In this document: piece after piece, positions 1 to 6,569 of the stretch
Numbering within the stretch: the first letter of the stretch is position 1
How the letters are laid out: every line of letters starts with the position of its first letter
Assembly (NCBI GenBank): GCA_039190745.1
Contig: JBCCXZ010000065.1
Coordinates: 1-19,002, forward strand
Reading direction: 5' to 3'
DNA from: Planctomycetota bacterium
GTDB lineage: Bacteria > Planctomycetota > Planctomycetia > Pirellulales > Lacipirellulaceae
DNA length: 19,002 nucleotides
Program-made: the position numbers and the translations under genes
The notes under the pieces: model-generated
What the model was told of the DNA's origin: nothing
Database searches by the model: none
What the model saw: only the letters and a program-made list of their open reading frames with translations

Positions 1-158
1 CCCGGCTTTGATGCCCTCCCCGGCTTTGATGCCCCACCCGGCTTTGATGCCCTCCCCGGCTTCGATGCCCTCCCCGGCTTTGATGCCCCACCCGGCTTCG
101 ATGCCCGACCCGGCTTCGATGCCCTCCCCGGCTTCGATGCCCGACCCGGCTTCGATGC
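1..158. repeat. 18-bp tandem repeat (CCCGGCTT[T/C]GATGCC + CTC/CCA/CGA), at least 8 full units plus a partial one; continues off the window
   Basis: Units start at 1, 19, 37, 55, 73, 91, 109, 127 and (partial) 145. They encode the hexapeptide repeat on the minus strand. Confidence 0.97.
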
Positions 159-309
159 TGATCCGACCGGCAGCAACAAGGCGTGGCACCTTAAGCCAGC
201 CAAGATCGCCGTCGACTTCAATGTGCCCCCTTGCAGTCAGGAGCGATTCGTCGGCGGTAAAGTTGCCGTTGCCGTCGAAGTGCTCTTTGGTCAGTCGCGT
301 TGTTTCCAT
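1..309 (-). CDS. Hexapeptide-repeat (GI[EK]AG[ESW]) protein, probably phage/mobile-element encoded; 3' end runs off the window
   Basis: Manual translation from ATG at 309-307: METTRLTKEHFDGNGNFTADESLLTARGHIEVDGDLGWLKVPRLVAAGRISIEAG-SGIEAG-EGIEAG-SGIEAG-WGIKAG-EGIEAG-EGIKAG-WGIKAG-EGIKAG. It is open for 103 codons to the window edge and lies inside the att-bounded segment. It is absent from the ORF track because it has no stop codon in the window. Confidence 0.8.
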   Translation of the reverse strand, partial: METTRLTKEHFDGNGNFTADESLLTARGHIEVDGDLGWLKVPRLVAAGRISIEAGSGIEAGEGIEAGSGIEAGWGIKAGEGIEAGEGIKAGWGIKAGEGIKAG

Positions 310-323
310 TTCGCGTCGCCCAC

Positions 324-414
324 AAAAAAACGCCGCCCGAGGTGCCAACCCCAGCCATCCTGCCGAAGCGGGATTGCTTGTGCTGCGTGGTGGGGCTGGC
401 ACGCCGGGCGGCGT
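324..414 (-). terminator. Intrinsic terminator-like stem plus U7, 14 nt upstream of the ATG at 309
   Basis: GC-rich stem base (ACGCCGCCCG/CGGGCGGCGU) running directly into UUUUUUU on the minus strand. Confidence 0.6.
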
Positions 415-442
415 GGTTCAATCAAGTTGTCTCACGCAGCAC
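324..442 (-). ncRNA. Structured leader RNA / putative attenuator upstream of the hexapeptide-repeat gene
   Basis: Arms 391-414 and 330-353 form a 24-position stem with 23 pairs on the minus-strand RNA, including two G-U wobbles that would be A-C mismatches on the plus strand. A U7 tract follows (330-324). The loop contains AUCC-C-GC-UUCG-GC-A-GGAU. The 10-mer at 433-442 is exactly complementary to 380-389. Confidence 0.65.
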
Positions 443-486
443 GGGGGTGAGATTAAGTCGATCGCAGAAGTCCTACGAAACGGTCC

Positions 487-695
487 GGTGACCAATCGCC
501 GTAGGTGTTGCCGCTGCGAGAGTTACGCGGCGAGAGGGATCAGGTGCCGACCGGAATCAGCACGGTTTCGACAGGAAAAGCGCAGATTGCTGCCCAAAAC
601 AAAATCTGAAGAAATCCAAAAAAGTTTCCGGGTGACCTGCGGCGGATAGAAGCACCGCGAAGGAGAGAAGCGTCAGGGTCACCTATTTGGTCACC
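487..695. repeat. GGTSACC sites, putative tyrosine-integrase arm-type binding sites
   Basis: GGTCACC at 677-683 and 689-695 (12-bp spacing), and inverted copies GGTGACC at 631-637 and 487-493. All lie about 100-310 bp inside the att core. Confidence 0.45.
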
Positions 696-798
696 CAAAC
701 CCCTCACCGAACTGGCGTAGAAGCCAGATTCCTGAACTCAGAGGATTGCAGCGCTACCGGAATGCGCGTGCTTTGAACACGGTTTGAACAAGGTTAAG

Positions 799-854
799 TG
801 ACTCGAAATCAGGTGCCGGGTAACCGGTTGAGGGTTCGAGTCCCTTGCCCTCCG
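799..854 (+). pseudogene. 3' half of tRNA-Ser(CGA) (tRNA fragment, att core)
   Basis: Anticodon loop CTCGAAA at 802-808 (anticodon CGA) with 3' stem strand TCAGG, long variable arm CCGG-GTAA-CCGG, T-arm GAGGG-TTCGAGT-CCCTT, acceptor 3' strand GCCCTCC and discriminator G. Upstream of 799 there is no matching GGAGGG 5' end or D-arm, and only 3 bp of the anticodon stem can form. Confidence 0.88.
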
Positions 855-1265
855 CTTCTCTTTTCTTAGTGGGCCCGCGTCTTGGGTTTTGTCGGCCCCG
901 CCTGGGGCCCCCGCGGACGGAAGTCGCCGGGCCGTGCTTGTATTGCAGGGTTTGCCTGGTTCTTTTGGCCCGAGAACGCGAACACGCGGCGATATGCCAA
1001 AAGTCGGGCGTTTTGTCGCGTCCGATTTCCTCTCTGGGCGGGTTTTCCAGGCTCGGGGCTGCATGGGTGCGGTCTTAACTTTTCGAGTTTACGTCCAATG
1101 GAGGCAGCGCTGGGGGTGAATTGCTGATCTGGCGGGTAGCAAGCCTCATGTTTAAGGATGGCTATGGCCCTGAACCGCACAGACCATGAATACATACGTT
1201 TGTACACTATTCTGCGGCCGCTTTCAACAACGCGTTCCGATGCTGGATAAGCGGCTTTGTTTGCG

Positions 1266-2441
1266 CTACTCGGCCAGGAGGCGCTGGATTTCTTCTTCCG
1301 ACGGCAGGCGGCTGCTGTAACCGGTAACGACCTTCCCGCCGCGGTCGACCAAGAAGTAGGTGGGCAGGCCGCTGACGCCGTAAGCGACGGCGGTCTCTCC
1401 CGTGTCGATTGCAATGGGGTAGGTAAACCCTCGCTTGGCGAGAAACGGCTCACAGGTTTCGCCACCGGACTCCGTGTGGACGCCGATCACCAGCAGCCCG
1501 TCGTCCGCGTAGGCCTCGTGGAGTTTCTGCACCTCGGGCATCTTCGCGATGCAGCCGCCGCAGGAAGTCGCCCAGAAGTCGATCAGCACCACCTTGCCGT
1601 CAAACGCGCTGCGGTCGAGCGGCCCGGTTGTGTTGAGCCACTTGGAAGCGGTGATCACGGGGGGCTCCGATCCCGGCAGGTTCTCGCGGATCCGCTTCTG
1701 CGCGAGCGCGGCGCGGGCGAGGGCCGCGGCGCGGTACTCCGCGATCAGGAGCTCGCCGTCGTCGTACGCCCAGGTTTCGCCGTGGTGCGCTTGTGCGAGT
1801 CCGTCGAGCATCGATCCGAAACCGTGGCCGGGCTCTACGAGTTGCGTCGGGTTGAGGCGTACGAAGGTGTCCCACTGCTTCGAGTCGGGGCCGGAACCGA
1901 CGCAGAACCAGGAGCCCAACTCCCAGCCCGAAAAGATGAAGCCAGATAAGGACTGCGAGTAGCCCCGCTGTGCTTGCTGATCGGCGGGTACGAGGCCCTG
2001 CGGAACAAACGTCGGGCGGTCGTCGCTGCGTTGCCTGATCGCGCGGACCACGACGGAGTTGTCTCGGACGGCATACCGCCGGTTGTCGTACGAGACCTCG
2101 AGCGCAGGGACACTCTCAAAGACCGAGACGACCGGGTAAACGCCCTGTTCGATCTCGGCAAGGGCCAGCCGCCATTCGAGACCCTCTTCCGACCGACGCT
2201 CGACGTGTAGCCACCCCTGATCGACCCAAAGCCGACAGACGAGATTGTTGTCGGAGACCCCCTCGATGACCGGGTAGTCCACCGATGCTTCCCACCCCTC
2301 TCCGAAACCGCTTGTGTCGATATCCGCAGGAACAGGAGCCACACGGGGCATGGCTTCGATTGCGAAGACGCCCGAGGCGTGCGAGACCAGGGCCGCGATC
2401 AAGAGAATCTGCCATGCGTGTCTGAATCGGGAATGGAACAT
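1266..2441 (-). CDS. Exported TlpA/ResA-like thioredoxin-domain protein with an uncharacterised N-terminal region
   Basis: N-terminal signal-like peptide (ILLIAALVSHASGVFA). C-terminal GKVVLIDFWATSCGGC...GLLVIGVH...YGVSGLPTYFLVDRGGKV is a TlpA-type fold. Starts 3 nt after the M56 gene stop. Confidence 0.88.
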   Translation of the reverse strand: MFHSRFRHAWQILLIAALVSHASGVFAIEAMPRVAPVPADIDTSGFGEGWEASVDYPVIEGVSDNNLVCRLWVDQGWLHVERRSEEGLEWRLALAEIEQGVYPVVSVFESVPALEVSYDNRRYAVRDNSVVVRAIRQRSDDRPTFVPQGLVPADQQAQRGYSQSLSGFIFSGWELGSWFCVGSGPDSKQWDTFVRLNPTQLVEPGHGFGSMLDGLAQAHHGETWAYDDGELLIAEYRAAALARAALAQKRIRENLPGSEPPVITASKWLNTTGPLDRSAFDGKVVLIDFWATSCGGCIAKMPEVQKLHEAYADDGLLVIGVHTESGGETCEPFLAKRGFTYPIAIDTGETAVAYGVSGLPTYFLVDRGGKVVTGYSSRLPSEEEIQRLLAE

Positions 2442-2444
2442 ATC

Positions 2445-4331
2445 TCAACCCTCGTCCTGCGTTTGGTCCTTGGCGACAAGCGGGAGCCCTTCGATCGAAG
2501 CCCACTCGTACTCTCGGACTTGGAATCGGAAGTGGTCGACGCGGTCGAGGGACAGGTTTGGGAACCTCACGGTGCTCATGGTGATCTGGCCGGCGCTGTT
2601 GCCGCCGCGGCCCTGCTGCTGGTGCAACTCGCCCGAGCGGTCGATCGCGACGACCCGGCAGTCTTGCTGGGAGTAGTTGTGCGAGACGACCAGATACAGT
2701 CCGCTGCCGTCGGGCCGCGCCTCGGAAAACAGGACGCCTTTGCCCGAGAGCAGGCCAACGGCGGCCTGATGACCGCGGTTTTCGACAATGGTTTCCCACT
2801 CTCCTGCGGCCAGGCCGACTCTAAGGCCTACGGTTTCCAGGCCGGCTCTGGGCCGAAAAGCGCGAGTAGCGTATTCGCCCGGGCGGTCGTCTCCCGGGAC
2901 CTCGACTTTGGCTCCACCCTGCGACACGCCGGCACCCAGGATGTGCCACCGGAAGCTGGCTCCTTCTGGCAGGCCGCTGGTGTGAAGAATCACTCTCCGC
3001 GTCGTGCGCGGCGTTGTGGAACCCCTTTCTCGCTGTTTCCAAACGAAGCGTGACCCGTCTAACGAGTTGCCGAGCGGGCCCCACCAACGCTCGGGCTGCT
3101 GATCGATGGCGCCTATTGCTACCGCCTCGACAACTGTTCCGGAAGAAAACTCGACCGTGGGCTTCGAGTCTGTTGCGGGGATCTGGATCGGTGTTGTGGA
3201 GGTCGGGTTCGGGTCGGGGTTGTCGGCGCGGCTGGGCCAAACGGCGGGTCCGGCAAGGAACAGCACGACGATGAGGGTCGCGACGGTCGGACGCAGCGGC
3301 AGGCAGACCGGTTCCACGACCGGCTCGCCGCAGAGACGCGCTATGCGGCGCCGGAGTTCCGAAGGCGACCGCCCGCTGGCGGCGAGGGCAAGCACGTTGA
3401 CCCGGGCTGAGCCCACTGGTTTGGAGAGTTCTGCGATTCTCAGCAAAGCGGCGGCATAGCGGACCGCGACCGGTTCGGGGTCCTTCTGGGTTTGACGGCA
3501 CGCGATATCGTCGCAGCAGTATTCACGGAGCCTGTCGATGCGGCGACTGAGCAGCCAGAGGGCGGGGTTGAAGAACAGCACGGCCTCGGCGAGGCGCTGC
3601 ACCAGGTTCACCCACAGGTCCCAACGTACGCCATGCGCTAACTCGTGCCTCAGGATCAATTCCAGGTCGTCCGCGGAGAGGCGTGCGATGGTCGCGGCGG
3701 GGAGGACGATCACGGGGCGCACCAAGCCGATGAGCTGCGGCACGACTGCTTCCCTACTGACGACGAGTGCCGGCGTGGCAGAGACCGCTAGCCGCTTGCT
3801 AATCGCTGCCAGACGTTCCGGCAGCTCGCCCGAGACCAGCGGCATTGCGCGTCGCACGATCCGTCGAGCACGAGAGACTCCTAAGCCGAGCCGGGCGAGC
3901 ATGGCGGCCACGCCTAGGCCGTACAAAACGGCCACCCAAAGCGTGGACCAACCCTTAGGTCGCGGGGCGTGCGGCGGCTCTGGAACGGCAAGTGCGGGAG
4001 TGTCTGTTACTGCGGCGCTGTGCTGTTGCGGACCTGCCGCGGCCTTCTCGGAGCCCGGCCCTGCGTTTGTTGCACCACCGGTGAGAGCGGCCACCGGGGT
4101 CGAAACAGCGGCTTTGGGCGGGATCTGCACGAGGAGAAACGTCGCGCACGTCACCAGGATACCGGCGAAGAGAGCGACTACGTTGATTCGATACGACTGC
4201 GCCGGCGACTGCCGCAGGCGGCCGACCATCCAGCTCAAGCACGCGAGCAGGGTGAACTGCCACAAGGAGTGCCCCAAGGTCAGGCAGAGGCGGTCGCAAA
4301 AGATTGAGTCGACGGGGACGAACGCGTTCAT
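2445..4331 (-). CDS. BlaR1/MecR1-like M56 family membrane metallopeptidase with a non-penicillin-binding C-terminal domain
   Basis: TLGHSLWQ N-terminal motif, transmembrane segments, PQLIGLVRPVIVLP, HELAH zinc motif and FFNPALW...REYCCD. Overlaps the blaI-like stop codon (ATGA coupling). Confidence 0.92.
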   Translation of the reverse strand: MNAFVPVDSIFCDRLCLTLGHSLWQFTLLACLSWMVGRLRQSPAQSYRINVVALFAGILVTCATFLLVQIPPKAAVSTPVAALTGGATNAGPGSEKAAAGPQQHSAAVTDTPALAVPEPPHAPRPKGWSTLWVAVLYGLGVAAMLARLGLGVSRARRIVRRAMPLVSGELPERLAAISKRLAVSATPALVVSREAVVPQLIGLVRPVIVLPAATIARLSADDLELILRHELAHGVRWDLWVNLVQRLAEAVLFFNPALWLLSRRIDRLREYCCDDIACRQTQKDPEPVAVRYAAALLRIAELSKPVGSARVNVLALAASGRSPSELRRRIARLCGEPVVEPVCLPLRPTVATLIVVLFLAGPAVWPSRADNPDPNPTSTTPIQIPATDSKPTVEFSSGTVVEAVAIGAIDQQPERWWGPLGNSLDGSRFVWKQRERGSTTPRTTRRVILHTSGLPEGASFRWHILGAGVSQGGAKVEVPGDDRPGEYATRAFRPRAGLETVGLRVGLAAGEWETIVENRGHQAAVGLLSGKGVLFSEARPDGSGLYLVVSHNYSQQDCRVVAIDRSGELHQQQGRGGNSAGQITMSTVRFPNLSLDRVDHFRFQVREYEWASIEGLPLVAKDQTQDEG

Positions 4332-4726
4332 TGCTTCTTCTCCTTAACTTTGCGTGCGATGAGCTTGCGGAGTTCGGCGAGCTCCTCGGCGTCGACATCG
4401 GCGGTGTCGAGTAGGTTGAGCACCATCGCGGCGGGGGAACCGTCGAAAGCGCGGTGCAGCAGGTCGCCCATCATGCGTCCGGTTACCGACTGCTTGTCCG
4501 ACTTGGGTTCGAAGAGGAACGAGTTGCCCTGCTTGCGGCGGCGGAGGTAGCCCTTGCGGTGCATGATGTTAAGCACGGTGATGACCGAGCTGTGCGCCAG
4601 CGTTCGGCCGGCGTCTTCTTCGAGCCGCTCTCTTACCGCGCGGACGGGGAGCGGGGACTGCTGCCAAAGGACCTTGAGAATCTCAAGTTCCAATTCGGTC
4701 GGGTGTTCCGAAGCGTGCCTGGCCAT
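4328..4726 (-). CDS. BlaI/MecI/CopY family transcriptional repressor
   Basis: PTELELEILKVLW...LAHSSVITVLNIMHRKGYL...AFDGS...LAELRKLI signature. ATG at 4726 preferred over GTG at 4750. Confidence 0.93.
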   Translation of the reverse strand: MARHASEHPTELELEILKVLWQQSPLPVRAVRERLEEDAGRTLAHSSVITVLNIMHRKGYLRRRKQGNSFLFEPKSDKQSVTGRMMGDLLHRAFDGSPAAMVLNLLDTADVDAEELAELRKLIARKVKEKKQ

Positions 4727-4770
4727 CGGGCGCCTCTGGGCTTGCGGCACATATCTAACGAATTAAACGA

Positions 4771-4799
4771 ACGGTATCAAGACACGGCAGACGGGTCAA
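4771..4799 (-). promoter_or_regulatory. Putative sigma70-type promoter of the blaI-M56-tlpA operon
   Basis: Minus strand TTGACC-N17-TACCGT with TG at the extended -10 position. An AT-rich TTCGTT direct repeat just downstream may be the repressor site. Confidence 0.5.
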
Positions 4800-5079
4800 C
4801 AAGAAACGTCTAAATAATTCGATGATCGGCCGTGAGAAGACCGTTGCGCGGAGCGGGACCGTGAGTAACCCGAGCAACCCAGGGGACGAAGAGATACGTC
4901 GCCCCCAACCGCTGGCTAAGTGGAACGGGTGAACGTGGAGACGCCGAAGCATTGCCGGCGGGTTGCCAGCGGATGCTTGGGGCGGGGGGGTCGAGGGTCG
5001 GCAGTGCTGACGAGGCAGCACTGGCGCGGGTAAGTTAGCGCGGGTACAGATGCCGGATGGCACCGATGGGTGCTCCGGG

Positions 5080-6174
5080 TTAAGCGGCCCGCCGGGCTGT
5101 GTTCGCGCCGGGAGCGGGCGAGAAGCACGCCTCGATTAAACGCTTGAGTACGGCCGGCTGGAACTTGCCGACGCGGTCGGTGGTTCCCAAGATCTCGAAG
5201 AGGCGTCCGACATCGACCGGCGAGCCGATGCGTTGTTCATGCGTGATCACTTCTTGGAGGTACGTCGGGTGGATTTCCCTTTCGGCCGCCAACGAGTAGA
5301 GCACGTTGGGGCCCCAGCCGTAGGTCTGCATGAGCGGCTCGACGTGAGCCTTTAGGAACGGGTAGAGGGTTTCTGGCCGGTACTCGGCCGATGTCGATAG
5401 GAGTTCGGAGAGCAGGCACTCGGTGCGGCAGTTGCCGGCGCCGCGCCCCATTCCCATGAGCGTCCCGTCGAGCCAGGTCACGCCGCACTCGGCCGCGGCC
5501 AGCGTGTTGATCAGGGCCAGCCCGCGGTTGTCGTGGGCGTGGAAGCCGATCTCGCCCCCCCAGGCTTGGCGGAGGGCGTCTGCGATGCTCTCGACCTGCG
5601 CGGGGTAAGCGCTCCCTAGGGAGTCGGCGAAGTACAGCACTTCGGGTTGGCAGACGCCAACGATTCTTGCCGCGTTCTCGACCTCGCTGAGCTGCTTCGA
5701 CGGGGCCTGCATGAGGTTGACGCCGACCCGGTAACCCCGTTCGTGCAGTCGGTTCACAACCGCCGGCGCCTGTTGCACCGTGCTGAAGTGCGCGGCCACC
5801 CGGACCATCGAGACGGGGGATTCGCTGCGGGGCGGGAAGAAGTGGTCGGTGCGTTGCTGGAGGCTCTCGGTCGAGGAGATCAACTCGGAAAGATTGACCA
5901 TCACCGCGACCGTCACGTCAGACGGGAAGTGGAGCTGCTTGAGGAACGAGTCGTGGCTGCAGGCGAACGGGCCGCTGTCGGGTTGGGCTTGGAGGTGGCG
6001 GAAGCCGATTTCTAGGACGTCGATGCCGGCCGACTCGGCGGCCTTGAGGTAGCCGCGGGCGAAGTCGGTCGAGAACCGCCAGTTGTTGTGGTACCCGCCG
6101 TCGCGGAGCGTGCAGTCAAGGGTCGTCAGGCGGCCTAGCCGCGGGCGGCAAACTTCGAGCGGGGCATCGGCCAT
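5080..6174 (-). CDS. DRE-TIM metallolyase, 4-hydroxy-2-oxovalerate-aldolase-like (aldolase catalytic domain protein)
   Basis: LDCTLRDGGY, YFADSLGS, GFHAHDNRGLA and GMGRGAGNCRTE motifs. Start moved to ATG 6174 (364 aa) because the upstream 98 codons of the track ORF look non-coding. Confidence 0.9.
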   Translation of the reverse strand: MADAPLEVCRPRLGRLTTLDCTLRDGGYHNNWRFSTDFARGYLKAAESAGIDVLEIGFRHLQAQPDSGPFACSHDSFLKQLHFPSDVTVAVMVNLSELISSTESLQQRTDHFFPPRSESPVSMVRVAAHFSTVQQAPAVVNRLHERGYRVGVNLMQAPSKQLSEVENAARIVGVCQPEVLYFADSLGSAYPAQVESIADALRQAWGGEIGFHAHDNRGLALINTLAAAECGVTWLDGTLMGMGRGAGNCRTECLLSELLSTSAEYRPETLYPFLKAHVEPLMQTYGWGPNVLYSLAAEREIHPTYLQEVITHEQRIGSPVDVGRLFEILGTTDRVGKFQPAVLKRLIEACFSPAPGANTARRAA

Positions 6175-6409
6175 AGGAATAGGCACCGGGGCAAGAGGTG
6201 GTTGGAACCGTGCTGCGAGGTCTGCTTCTTGGGGAGCCGTCCGCGAGCAGTACTGCCTGCTGCCGTCATGAGAAACCGAAACACGAGCAGGGCTATTTGG
6301 GCCGCGCTGCAAGGGCCCCCGCGTTACAAGGGCCCCGGAGAATAGGCGGCCAGCAGCAGCCTGGTAAGGGCAGTTTGCCTCCTGGGAGTGGTGTTGAGGG
6401 AGAGTGGCG

Positions 6410-6438
6410 TTGACGGTCGCGGGCCGACTCCGTATCAA
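6410..6438 (+). promoter_or_regulatory. Possible promoter for the GT-like/kdsB pair
   Basis: TTGACG-N17-TATCAA; the -10 is imperfect. Confidence 0.3.
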
Positions 6439-6569
6439 CTCCCAGCCCGCCCTGCTTGTCCCTACCACTCACGTCCCTACCACCCTGGCGCATACCACCC
6501 ACGCCAGCAGCCCCACGCCCGGAACCCGCCGCGGCGAACCCGCCGCCGGCTTTCGTTAGAGTCTGCCCC

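Larger units (their letters stand above)
1..854. mobile_element. Right end (attR side) of an element integrated in tRNA-Ser(CGA), probable prophage or phage satellite; extends left beyond the window
   Basis: Orphan 3' tRNA half whose tRNA-like sequence begins at the anticodon loop, arm-type-like repeats, and a phage-like repeat gene transcribed away from the att site. No integrase is visible in the window. Confidence 0.7.

Noticed and set aside
1..158. CRISPR array
   Set aside because: Contiguous 18-bp units with no unique spacers, in-frame coding on the minus strand, and no cas genes in view.
218..421. 67-aa minus-strand ORF through the leader (possible leader peptide or ash-like ORF)
   Set aside because: TTG start, no convincing RBS and no recognisable motif. 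Not called, although a leader-peptide role cannot be excluded.
8..649. Plus-strand 213-aa ORF (MPSPAL repeats)
   Set aside because: Antisense shadow of the minus-strand repeat gene; the rest crosses the structured leader and att arm with no protein-like features.
765..857. Intact tRNA-Ser gene
   Set aside because: The 5' acceptor strand and D-arm are absent and the anticodon stem is incomplete.
894..909. GGCCCC-GCCT-GGGGCC hairpin as the tRNA terminator
   Set aside because: No following U-tract.
738..1064. 108-aa minus-strand ORF
   Set aside because: Contains RARDSNP, the typical antisense translation of a tRNA T-arm; spurious.
5080..6174. Aromatic meta-cleavage aldolase (dmpG/mhpE)
   Set aside because: No adjacent acetaldehyde dehydrogenase or ring-cleavage genes; the context is sugar-nucleotide metabolism, so no gene symbol was given.
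6175..6569. N-terminal extensions of the aldolase (to 6468) and the GT-like ORF (from 6456)
   Set aside because: Low-complexity Pro/Arg-rich sequence, and the two extensions overlap divergently; conserved motifs begin after ATG 6174 and ATG 6570.
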